Shown here: piece after piece, positions 12,716 through 24,968 of the stretch
Numbering within the stretch: position 1 is the first letter of the stretch
How the letters are laid out: the number at the start of each line of letters is the position of its first letter
Source: Basidiobolus meristosporus CBS 931.73
Taxonomy: Eukaryota; Fungi; Basidiobolomycota
Assembly (NCBI GenBank): GCA_002104905.1
Contig: MCFE01000016.1
Location: 187,233-251,232, forward strand
Direction of reading: 5' to 3'
Length of the DNA stretch: 64,000 bases
The notes under the pieces: generated by a model
The model's database searches: none
What the model saw: the letters and a program-made list of their open reading frames with translations, nothing else
What the model was told of the DNA's origin: nothing
Translations under genes and position numbers: made by a program

Positions 12716-13177
12716 ATGGAGCCTTTTAACCCCCAATATTACGGGAACCTACGCTTCGCTGAAAACAAGAATATGCGCGACTCGTTCATCGCACTGTTCG
12801 CTTTTTGGATCATTTGGGCGCTGCTGATTCTCGCTGACCACGGATCGGATTTCACAAGGGCCGAGAGCACACCAGCTACTGTCGACTCCGCTTCCACAGC
12901 CAACTTCTTCACCAAATTCCGAAGAAATATAAGCCATTCGCGAAGAATTGCTCGGAACGTATTTATCACCATGCTATGGATGGTAGCTTCCAGTACCCTT
13001 GGATTCGGTCTCACTCGGGGCTCGATGATCCTCACATGGATTTATTTCGTTGTAGGACTCGCTTGGGTACTTGTGGATCTTGTTCTGCCCAATGGTATCA
13101 TTGACTTTGCTTTTGGTTCCTTGGAGTTTATACTAGCATTGGCCGTGATGGGTATCGGCTTCAGTAAAGGATGGTGA
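12716..13177 (+). CDS. Small multi-pass membrane protein of unknown function (paralog of 11168-11695)
   Basis: 153 aa; RDSFIALF, TRGSMILTW, MGIGFSKGW. Confidence 0.75.
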   Translation: MEPFNPQYYGNLRFAENKNMRDSFIALFAFWIIWALLILADHGSDFTRAESTPATVDSASTANFFTKFRRNISHSRRIARNVFITMLWMVASSTLGFGLTRGSMILTWIYFVVGLAWVLVDLVLPNGIIDFAFGSLEFILALAVMGIGFSKGW

Positions 13178-14302
13178 TTCTCTGAATCGAAGTAGTGATC
13201 TGCAGCAATTTATCAGGCTCCCCTCAGGGTTGACGCTGATAATAGTGACCGCAAAGGACTCAAATTCATCCGAGAGGAATCTAAATCTGTCTAATCTCCA
13301 TGTTTTATGGTATAAAAAATAAAATTGTGCTTATGTCGTCATACCCAGTCTTGGTACTTTTGCTCCTGGGATGCGTTTTTGGATTACTTTTAGAGATGCA
13401 CTCTTCGTAGTTCATTGGCGTGGCCATATATTCACCTTATTTTTGTAGATTTCGATGGTTTGCAAATATCGGAATGCTAGCCGTGGTTCAAACTCTGAAT
13501 CGGAATAGGTCAACAGTAGCAAAACCTACAGTTTCAATCATTGATATAAACTGTGAGCCTATTTCTATATATGTTTACCAAGTTGCGAATTAAGGTAGTT
13601 CCAGTGATTGTCAAAGATCTCAAACTTATCCAGATCGCTGAAAGTAAAAGTGGGAATTTGGAAGTGATATGGAGGATTTGGAAGAAAGAGTTGCGTCACT
13701 GGTAGATTTATTGGGTTGAGGTAATACCCTAACACTTTGGTGTGAAATCTGCAAGTGTACTTGATGTAGGCCCTGGTAAGCTGCTTTTGAACCTTGTGGC
13801 CTTTTGGGCATGTTTGAAAATAAGGAAACTTTCAGCATATCTACTCTTTCCAAGAATTGGTCAATAGTAAATGAAGTTAACTGACATTAATTCCATAATA
13901 AAGAAGGGTCTGTGAATTATATAATATTTGGGTGTAATATTAATTTTGTGCAACACCATCTAGTCTTATGCTTCTCGCACAGCATTGGGATAGGTTTCCA
14001 CATGCACCTGCATTACTATTACATTGTTACAAAATAATACAATACTTCTGCCCTGAATATATATCAGCTACAACACATGTACAATAATTACATGTTGATA
14101 ATGTCACAAATGTCCAGCTTGGTGATTGATTGATTGTATTTTCTACAAATAGTATTTTTTGTTGTAAGAGTCTTGGAGATATTGGAAGTGATTGGGAGAA
14201 CAAGTAGATTATGTGGTTTTCACTTAATGATTTATTGAATGTAAAAGTAGTATTTATACTTTTACATGGTCTTGGCATAGTAAACACAAAGAATAGGCTT
14301 AG

Positions 14303-17300
14303 TGTTGTAATTATTGAATTGTCACCTAAATATTCATGCTAACTTAGTCACATAGATCTTATTCTGTGATTAGCATTCTGTCCTGACTAGATTTCTTGTT
14401 GGGATTTACTTAGAATATTTTCACCAAATTGTCAGGTACCCAGATTATTATTTTTCTCAAAGTTGTCCAAAAGACCCCAAACTTTGCACACATATTCTTG
14501 GGACCTTCCTTAACAAACTCTACACGTTTGTTTCCTCTACTTTATCAAAAGTATAAATACCATACTTTTGATCAATAAATCTACAAGTGAATAACATGTA
14601 AATCCTCTAGTTCTCCACATCACTTCCAATACTCCTCAGAATATTGCAACAGGTTATGAGCCCTGAGCTTGCTGTCCTCTTGGTGTCTACTATGCTTTGG
14701 ATCCTTTTCTGCTAGTCTGGAGAAAGACTTTCCGCACTATTGCTCCGCTAAGGTTAAAGAAGACTACCGCTGCTAAAGGACTATGTTTATGAGGATATTG
14801 CTGTGGAGAAGAAGGCCTTGCCTTCAAAAGATGCCTTCAGTAACTATCCAAGTTAGTTATGAAGAAGAGTCAATCAAACTGGCATGTAATTGTGTCAAGA
14901 AATATAGTATGTTGGTGCTCTACCACTACTGAAGAAAATTGCGTAAATCCAGCAATTGAGGGTCCAGATCTACAATGAAATATACTGCAATATGTATTCA
15001 TATGACCCCAGTTGACTGTTAGACGAGCTCTTGGATAGGATATTATCCTGAATTGCAAAAAAAAAAATAGATCATTATTAAATGATTGCCGGAGGAGGAT
15101 TTTACCAAAAATCTGTTGCCACTCAAAATACAGCTGAGAATGCAAATACTGGAGCTGTTAGCCGCCATTCTGGACTATCTACTGATGGAAAAAGATCTCA
15201 GAAACAAGCTTCCTGAATTTTAAGGATCCCAATGATATGTAATACATATATATCCACCTGGAGTACGAATATGTACTACACAATCCATTAGAAGAATGCT
15301 ATAATTGTATCAAGTGTTTTGATACTGAAACCAGTGTACCAGGAGCTAAATATGGAGCTGTTAGACGTGCTATCACTCTGTTTAAGTCTCAAAACAGTGG
15401 GAGAAAGTATTATACAAATTTAGCAAAATCAACTCATGAAGATTCTACCGCCAGCCAAAGGAGTGAAGCATATAATTGCAAGCCTGATTGGAGTATACAA
15501 CCAAGCAACAGTTGGTCAGTACACAGCTAAGAGCCACTCAGAAGATAACACAGTACTTTATACTTGTTATATATATATCACTTATTACAGTGGGAGAAAA
15601 CACTTGGTGATATTTAACTTCTCTGGATAAGATCAAAAGAATTTTGATTGATCAAGTCACCGCCAAGTTCTGCAACTCAAAATACTGATATATTGGAGTC
15701 TGATACCAAAGTATTGATGAAGCTAGCTATCAAATGCAGTTTATTTGATCAAATTTGGTCAACTCTATCAAAAGTTATGAATGATCTAAGTGGATGCTGA
15801 TTTTGATTATTTCACTCTCAAATAGTCAGATATTCTGGAACAATGATGTCATGGAGACTCTTGTGCTCAAAAACACCGTGGTCCCACCTGCAAGGAAGTC
15901 CAGAACCACCCCACAAAAGGAATTATCCCTGGGTCATCAGCAGAAAAAGAAAAGAAGAAAAAATGGAAAATACTACTACCGCAAACTAGGGTACTTCCCA
16001 AATGGTGCCAAAACTTATGTAGGCCATATTTGGACTATCTGGCAATGCAGATATGTTCTATGGAGCCTCTTGTACGAAGTTCTCAAGCTAGAAACCCCAG
16101 AAGAGCCTTGAAACTTCAACAGGATCTGTTAGATATTGTAGTATATATTGGAACAGATTATTTAGTGCAGAAGTCTTGATGTCTGCTGTCTATGGAGCTG
16201 AAAGAAAAAGGTGCAAGGATCAACCAGATGGTTTTTATGGATTCTGAAGACACTGAGAAGATCAGTTAGCCTTGGAAACCAAGCTCAAGGTTGAAAATAA
16301 CTATCAGGAGAATAAGGATAATCAAAGCCCTTGTTAAGGAGAATCTCACTTCTGGAAAAGCGCCAATCTCTATTCTACAAGTATATTCTGATAAGACAAA
16401 AGCAGCTGTATCAATCCAAATCAGTAGAAGCACTCTAAGAATAGCTACCAAACAACCCATGGTGTTGTCCAATACCAAACTGGGTAAATCAAGAAGCAAA
16501 TGGACTTTGAATCTACCGCATATGAAGTAATCAGTCCAAAGAAAGTTATTGCTATTTAAAGAAGACAAAGATGACCATTCTAGATCATATTTGTGGATCT
16601 GAATCACTAAACAGACGTGGTTCAAGTGGGAGCAGGCCATCCCAGCTCAGAGTTGAGCAAAAACCTTCTTTTTTTGGCCATGTTATATGTGCCACAGTGC
16701 CAGGAAACTGTTGTAAAAATTCGTATTTTCCACCTAAATATTCACCTAACTTAGTCACTTAGATCATCATCTTCAAATCCTAGAGAATACTGACCAAATT
16801 CCTTGTCGGGATTTACTTAGAATATTTTCACCAAAATACCAGGTACCCAGAACATGAAAATTCTCAAAGTTGTCCAAACAGCCCCAAACTTTGCACACAT
16901 GTTCTTGGGACCTTCCTTAATCTATTCTACGTGTTTGTAATGCCAAGACCATGTAAAAGTATAAATACTACTTTTACATTCAATAAATCATTAAGTGAAA
17001 ACCACATAATCTACTTGTCCTCCCAATCACTTCCAATATCTCCAAGACTCTTACAACAGAAACAAGGATAATCCGGATCAGGCGTAAATGACAAAACCTT
17101 AACTTGACCCAAAGTAGGTCACTATTTTTTACCTCATATAGCATCTATATGATGGAAGTAACTGTCCCTGAGCCTAATATGGACACACAGTGAAATTGTC
17201 TAAATGGATTAGACTGTTGGCCGGAAATAAGGAAACTCCAGATCTGCCGTAAATGACAAAACCTTAACTTGACCAAAAGTGGGTCAATTTTGCTCAAATA

Positions 17301-17968
17301 AGAAGCATTGGATAGCCCAGAGGCTATATACCATTATTACAATCTGTCAATTAGACTCAGCTTATTATTCAAGCCCGTACAACTGATCAAAGTTGATGAT
17401 TAGTATTATGATCAGATCATTCAGATTTTTAGGCATATTACTAAGTAGATATGCATACTGAATTCCAAGTTACTTGTTCTATTAAGTTGAACACAAATGC
17501 ATACACCTTTGGATAATATATTAGTCCAGTATGCAAAACAGTTAAATCTTATACGCTTATTACAGATTGCACACTCACAATATGTATTTATTACTCATGA
17601 ATATTTTGTTGAGTGGGAGTGTTATAATTATTGAATTGTCACCTAAATATTCATGCTAACTTAGTCACATAGATCTTATTCTGTGATTAGCATTCTGTCC
17701 TGACTAGATTTCTTGTTGGGATTTACTTAGAATATTTTCACCAAATTGTCAGGTACCCAGATTATTATTTTTCTCAAAGTTGTCCAAAAGACCCCAAACT
17801 TTGCACACATATTCTTGGGACCTTCCTTAACAAACTCTACACGTTTGTTTCCTCTACTTTATCAAAAGTATAAATACCATACTTTTGATCAATAAATCTA
17901 CAAGTGAATAACATGTAAATCCTCTAGTTCTCCACATCACTTCCAATACTCCTCAGAATATTGCAACA
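14303..17968 (+). mobile_element. Ty1/Copia element, LTR family B, degenerate interior (non-autonomous)
   Basis: 349-bp LTRs at 14303-14651 and 17620-17968 differ at one visible site; PBS GGTTATGAGCCC at 14652-14663; PPT GAGTGGGAG at 17611-17619; 5-bp TSD CTTAG; no long ORF inside. Confidence 0.9.
16709..17058 (+). mobile_element. Solo LTR family A nested in the Copia interior
   Basis: TGTTGTAA...TTACAACA, 350 bp, perfect TSD GAAAC; near-identical to 54755-55104. Confidence 0.9.
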
Positions 17969-18369
17969 CTTAGGAAGGTCCCAAGAGCCTGTGTGCAAAG
18001 TTTGGGGCTGCTTGGACTACTTCTCTAATTTTCATGTTCTGGGTAAATATTCCAAGTAAATCCCAACATGGAAATTGGTCAGTATTCTCTAGGATTTGAA
18101 GGTAATGATCCAAGTGACTAAGTTAGATGAGTATTTAGGTGGAATTACAAATTTTACAACATTTTCATGGTATCAATGTGTTTTGTTGTAAAGATCCAAG
18201 ATATTCTTTACTATTTCTAAGTATTAGTAAAGTAATATATATTCAAGATCTATACAAAAGTATATAGAGTTTTAGATATTCAGTTTACATTTGAATCATT
18301 AATATACTTCAAGATTCTACTTAACTTACTGCTAAGCAATGAGTTGCCTACTTAAGATTCAGTCTGTGA

Positions 18370-18603
18370 AATGCTCAAGTGATGTTACTGAAGTAATCAA
18401 GATTTTCAGGCTTGTCCAAAAGCCCCAAAACTTTGCATACAACTTCCTAGAATTTTACTAAAGGCACTCCCATCATTAGCATCACAAAGCTCCTACAAAA
18501 GTATAAATAGCTTATTTTCAATCAATAAAAAGTTAAGTAGGCATCATACAATTACAGCAATTCCCCAAGTTACTTTCAGTATTCCTTAGATTTGTGCTGC
18601 AGC
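18370..18603 (+). repeat. Older degenerate LTR-like relic related to families A/B
   Basis: Shares TTGTCCAAAAGCCCCAAAACTTTGCA, AAAAGTATAAATA and CAATAAA blocks; boundaries unclear. Confidence 0.4.
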
Positions 18604-18758
18604 AAGCACCCTGACAAGCTCCAATATTGTCATCACTGTCAGTACTTCACAAACTTTAGTAATATATCAATATCTCACATACTAGCTTTTCTTGTGAAAT
18701 GTAATTCTCATAAAATATGCAAGTTACCAAAGTGTTGTTAGTTCTGGTTTGTCAAGTA

Positions 18759-19107
18759 TGTTGTAATTATTAATTTGTCACCTAGATATTCATGCTAACT
18801 TAGTCACATAAATCTTATTCTTTGATTAGCATTCTGTCCTGACCAAATTTCTTGTTGGAATTTACTTAGAATATTTTCATCAAATTATCGGGTACCCAGA
18901 TTATGATCTTTTTCAAAGTTGTCCAAAAGCCCCCAAACTTTGCACACATATTCTTGGGACCTTCCTTAACAAACTATACACGTTTGTTTGCTCTACTTTA
19001 TCAAAAGTATAAACACCATACTTTTGATCAATAGATCTATAAGTGAATAGCATGTATATCCTCTAGTTCTCCACATCACTTCCAATACTCCTCAGAATAT
19101 TGCAACA
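18759..19107 (+). mobile_element. Solo LTR family B
   Basis: 349 bp, TGTTGTAA..TTGCAACA, perfect TSD AAGTA. Confidence 0.9.
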
Positions 19108-20066
19108 AAGTACATCATTTCCAAACCATACACACTGTCAGCACCTTTGAAGTATTGCCTTATCAGTGCTATAAGATAAAGCTTGTGAGCTTTCCAGAGA
19201 ATCTTGAGCTTGGTGTCATAAGAGTCTTCAAGAGAATGGAGGTTATTGGTATTACATATAGCTTAGGCTCCAAGCCATGTACACCACTTTCAAAGATTTT
19301 ACTAACAAAGTTCATTTAATAGTATAGAGGCTCAGTCAGGTCTCAACAACTCAACTTGCGAGTATCATGCAACTCTGCTGGTTCATCCAATCACTTCCAA
19401 TTCTCTCCAGAGATTCTATTTGTACCCCAAATCATGTACAGCATCTCTAAGCTCTTACAGTAGCAACAGATTTAGGATGAGCATTTCAGGGTTTATCAAT
19501 TGGTCAAGTCAAAGCTTAAGATATGTACATAATACAAGATAGTTTAATCATAAGTAAGCTCCAAGTCATTTAATCATCTCCAGAGTCCACATCGCTCTCA
19601 TCTGGAAGTGGAGCAATGTAGTACCAGTCAGCCTCAAGAAGCATTACCGTTTGTACCTTGGATGAGATGGGAATATGGATTTGATGGGGAGATGAGGAAA
19701 TCGATACATCTTGAGACCATCATGGCGACCAAAATAAAATCAGCGACTATTTGTATACATTACTCGCTTCCCCACACTGATTGGAATTTTTTTGGGGCTG
19801 ACCATGTTACTCGCAAGTCTTCAGAAATGGGTATTTGGTGGCCTTTTAATGATATCAATTAATTTGATCCAATAGGATGGGTGGATATGAGACTACATTG
19901 TTCACATTGGACTTGTTATCCGCTTTACCCTCTGTAATCACTCAGTACCTGCTCGCCACCAAGAGCATAAGAAACTTCTCGAGTTTGGTAGCTTTGGTAT
20001 CAGCAAACAGACTCAGTGGCCTTCCACATACATATCAACCTGTCCACTCTGAGTTGCGCTTGAAAC

Positions 20067-21973
20067 ATGTATAGAACAAACACTCGTAAGGCTGCAAGTG
20101 TCACCTCAACCTCCCGTGACGCTGATACTGTCTCGGCCGTTGAAAGCACCGCAAGCTCTGCCCGCCAGAGACAGTCCAAGCGTGATGAGATCATTCGGAA
20201 AAAAGCAGAGGCCGAGCTTTCTCGAAAGAAAACAACCCCCAAACGACAGGCCACTCGGTCCAAGAAAACCCCAGGGACGGTTTCTGCGCTACACCATTCA
20301 GCCGCACTCACTATTCGTGAAAACATCTCCATCATTGAGGCGTCTCAGCTCATGGCAGCCAAAAGAACCGATAGTGTGCTGGTCGTGGATTCCGAGGAGC
20401 ATCTGTGCGGGATTTTCACCTCCGTCGACCTGACTTATCGCATTGTTGCCCAATCCCAAGATGCCCGCAACATCCCAGTTTCAGCCATCATGACCAAGAA
20501 TCCACTCTGTGTCACCAACGATACCTCCGCCAGCGATGCTTTGAATATTATGGTGTATCACAACTTCCGCCATTTACCAATTTGTAACGATGAAGGGGAT
20601 GTGGTGGCATTGCTCGATATCACCAAGTGTTTGTGTGAAGCGCTGGATAGGATGGAGCGTGCGTATGGCTCCAGCAGAAAGCTATACGATGCATTGGAGG
20701 GAATTGAGAAGGAGTGGTCGGTTCAACAAGCGCCAATGCTTCGTTTCATGGAATCTCTGCGGGACAAGATGGCTTGTCCCGATTTGTCCATCCTTCTTGA
20801 TGGAACCAGCCCGCCAGAAGTTTCGCCTAGGACCAGCGTTCATGACGCAGCCAAGTTAATGAAAGAGCAGAAGACCAATGCAGTACTGGTCATGGAGAAT
20901 GCTCAACTGGTCGGCATCTTCACCACCAAGGATGTTGTTTTACGTGTTATTGCTGCTGGATTGGATCCCACCAAATGTAGCGTCGTGAGAGTGATGACCC
21001 CACATCCCGACTGCGCTAGTGTTGATTTGACGATCCTCGAGGCTTTGAGAAAGATGAACGGTAATACCACAGCTTGGCTCCTTTGGGGACTTGTATTTCA
21101 GTGCTAAGCATTGCTATTTCTAGACGGTAACTACACCAATCTTCCGGTGATAAATCCCTCGGAGCAGATTATTGGATTAGTCGATGTTCGCAAATTAACC
21201 CATGTAACCTTGAAGACTGTGAGTATTCCTACCTGGCTTCCGCACTTGCGCATATAGTCATCTTACTAATCCCTTACCAGCTTGAAAACATCCAAAGCGG
21301 AGATTCCGAATCGGATGTCGGCCCAGTATGGAGCAAATTCTTCACGGCTTATGACAATGACACGGAATCCATCACCTCCGACGCCCGTAGATCTGAAATC
21401 CAGGTACCCGGCACCCCGGAGATTTACCCCCACGAGTCTGCCTCGGTTGTGGAAGAGACTGCCTCAGGTGTATACTCCTCTTCTTACCTGGCCGACGGGA
21501 CCTTTGTATTTAAATACAGCACCTCAGACGGGAAGGTCCATCGCATCATAACCGAGTCGAACAACTTTGAGAAACTCCGCGACATCATGTACTCAAAGCA
21601 CCACAGTCTAGATGGCGAAGATCAGGATATTTGCTATGTTGACGACGAGGGGGATGTTGTGGTCATATCCAGTGACGCCGATCTGCAGCATGCTGTTAAC
21701 ATGGCCAGGCACCATGGGTTGGATCGACTAAAGGTCTCCATCGGAACCGAATTCGTCGAGAACTCCCATGAAGAAACCCGATCAGAGGTTCGTGGATCAA
21801 CACCTGTCCCCACACCTAGCGAACCAACCCCAACCCCAACCCCTACTCCGTCACAGCCATCTAAGCCCAAGGGCTCATTCGGATTGCCAATTTCCGATGA
21901 GCTGCTCTATGGACTTGCGGGAGGATTCGCGGTTGCCACCGTGTTGGGATTTGTCATGTCCAGAATGAAATAA
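20067..21973 (+). CDS. mug70: CBS-pair + PB1 domain protein with C-terminal TM helix (Mug70-like); 2 introns
   Basis: CBS repeats (LCGIFTSVDL, FRHLPI, LVGIFTTKDVVLRV), PB1 (FVFKY..ICYVDDEGDVVVISSDADL), C-terminal TM LLYGLAGGFAVATVLGFV. Confidence 0.8.
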
Positions 21974-24968
21974 CTTCACCCTGCCCCACGTATTCCATCC
22001 CAAGTACTACTTTCATAGCCAGCATTTAAACTGATTAAACTCATTGCCTACCAGCCAGTTAGAATCCCACATGATCGCTACTAGCGAACGCACGAAGTCC
22101 ATTCCCCATCTTACTCCAGCCCTCTAACCATCGCCATGATTCCATCAAGGCAATAAATAACAGGCAACACAATATACAGATGTGTTTATGCACATAAATA
22201 TATTTACGTGCGTGAGCCGCTCTGTTGTTACAAATGGTTGAACGTGGATTAGGGTGGATCTGAGTATGGTGTAATGGAGAAACCTAGATCAAGGCAATCA
22301 TCCCACACCACAGCGATTCTTGGGGGGTGGGGGATGTCCATGGTTTCATCAAGACGATCTAAATTATCCACTGGCTGGATTCATCGCATGCTGAAAACGA
22401 TTGGAGCCCTCTTCACGCCTGGTATAAGTGATCTTGAAGGAACAGGAGCCAGAGCTTGGCACCGGGCAGTGTGGCCGTCACCAATTTGGTCGGTGGCAAG
22501 CTGGTACCCAATAGAGAGCGTGGCCCACGGTTTCACCTGCAGTTCCATAGTTTATTTTGTTCTTGGAAGCCATGAAAATCACCAACTTACTAATCCCCAT
22601 CACCTGTCAAAACGGATGAGCTGTCAGAAGCAAGGAATGTAATGCAAGGAATGCCCGGCATTTTCCCACGGCCAGTGAAAACTTCCACCCATCGACGGGT
22701 ACGGCCAATGAGCTTCGCGGATGGTCAATGTTTTTCCAGTTTCATGACTTCGTATTCAAGACAACCAAGTGTAGTGGGAACTATGTGAAAACTGGGGTTC
22801 TAAATATGGCTTAGCGAACGCGAGAGTATGTGCTGAGAAAGCCGGTCGGGGTTTCGAAGCATTACCCAATGCGGCGTCGCTTCGGCTTATATTGATCTAC
22901 ATCAAGTAGCAACCATTCAAGGTGGTCGTCATTCCTATTCTGCACCATGCTATGGCTTGTATCCCCCACCACAATGGCGCGATGAGTCAGGTGGTAATGT
23001 TGGGTTGTATTTGGAATGATCTGGATCAGGTTGATTAACACATGTCCATCTAAACCGATTTTCACGGCGGTGATCCAGATGCACTTACGACTCCCTCCAG
23101 AGTCTCCGATTAGCTCCGACCCATTGTATTCATACGAATCATGCTGAATGAATCACGGCGCACACCGAATAGATCCATCAGCACTCGGATCTCAGGGAAT
23201 GTGGGTTGATACGGAGCAGAGAGGGTGTTACGAGTGCTTCCGTCTCTTCATTTATTTCATGCGCAACAGCATGAATCTGCTCTAGTACAATATGGACCTT
23301 GTGCAATGATCCTACTGAGCAGTTTGGTCTTGGCCTTGAGGCACTAGAAACCCTGTCCAGAGAGATTTATACTGGATACACTAGCTTTTGTGCTAGTAAC
23401 ATGGAACCAACATCAGCATGAAACCCCGTTCCATATATGGGGTGTGTTAGGTTTCTAATATGGATGCTGCCTTTGCCAAAGCATCCGATCCGGAAAAATC
23501 ACGTCGGTGGATGCCATAATGGTTGACGAAGAGCCTCATCCCTGGAAGAGCGCAGCACGGTGTGAAGTGTGTAAAGTCTTGAGCTCCTCGGCGTATAGGT
23601 TTCGGAGCCCGGTTAGATCTCCAGTGATCTCAGCGGGCAGGAGTCGGCCCCAACTGCTGGTTCCAGGCCTGGGCGTGTACATGGGAATCAGGAGTAGCCA
23701 ACCTCCTGGCCCCGAAAAGAGCCAACTCTAGCCTCTACCCAAGGGAGTTGCCGTGCAAACCGACGGCGCTTCGCTATCTTCGCATAAATCAATTTTCTAT
23801 CAAGTTTCAAATAAAGATGGATTAATCTGGTCATTTCTACCGGAGTTGGGTCGCATCCGAGTGGTAATTTATGCAAATCGGCCCTGAAGGCAGCGATATT
23901 GCAACATCTCATGACATGACTAATTGATTGCTACGAATACTGGCTCCACTATTGCCAAACAACAAATTGTTGAGATAAAACACGCGTTCTCCTGTGCAAT
24001 CATTGTGAAGGAATACTACGATTGGCTCGAGTGATGTGAGCATCAAATTGGCTGTGACCAGAGATATTATTTGTGCCAAACGGTTTCAGAGTGCGAAATC
24101 ATAACAACAGCTAGTCGTGGCCGGAGTAAGGCTGCCTGGCAATCACCCATCCCACCCACCCACCTGCTCGTCTTTGCATTGACGACGTCCAGCCGAGGCC
24201 AATCCCATGGCCTAAAGCAAGTGCCCAGAGTTTAGACTTGGCGACTGACGTTCTAGCCCCGTGCCCGGGAGAATCCACGAAGTTGAATGCCTCTATCGCA
24301 AATAGGCAACTAGATTTACATTAGCTTGAATCTGCTGAACTACCCCAGTCTAGATCTCAGTCACAGGAAGCCAACTTCCACGTGATTGCACCGAGCTCGC
24401 AAAGTGATTGAGCATCGGGAGATCAGAATTGAATATCTATCGAGAAATAAAATTCGAGGATTTCGAGCAACTTCCAAAATTATCATATTAGTATCATTAA
24501 TGTGTGTCACACCCACCTATTAGTATCTACATAATTTTCTGCCTAATAGAGACAAGTGTTTCGAAAATGCAGTAACAGTACTCATTCCGTTTTACTAGTT
24601 TCACCGTTAGGAATACAAAATCTGTCTATTTATGTTGAAATGAGCTATTGACGAAAGAGATCTCATTCTGGATGGAAAGTCAAAAATATAGCAGTCAAAT
24701 CGGTTACTATTCACTGAGCCACTCGCTGAATAATTATCTCATTTCGGAGGGTTTGGATTGCTCAGGCAACGTATTGAGTTGTATTCAGTCCGCCCTAGTT
24801 CCTTTCAATTTCTGACGTTTGGTTTGTTCAAATATCCTGAATCTCGGTGCCACAAAATCTTTTCCCAGCTGTGCGAAGGTTTCGGTTAGCTTGATTCAGA
24901 ATGGTATAAAAGCGATCGCTCTTCCCCTCTTCCTACAACTGTCAATCGTTTAAACACTTACTAATCCT

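Larger units (their letters stand above)
14160..18161 (-). mobile_element. Solo LTR family A (reverse), split into 14160-14302 and 17969-18161 by a Copia insertion
   Basis: The two halves are reverse complements of the LTR at 16709-17058; TG..CA ends; flanks TTTTT / TTTTC (imperfect TSD). Confidence 0.8.

Noticed and set aside
14027-14287. ORFs MFTMPRPCKS.. and MFVMPRPCKS.. (54977)
   Set aside because: Spurious frames through LTR-A; only the part of the 54977 ORF from ATG 55109 is gag
21815-21850. CCAACC/CCCCAA repeats resembling telomeric sequence
   Set aside because: They encode the PTPTPT linker of the CBS-PB1 protein
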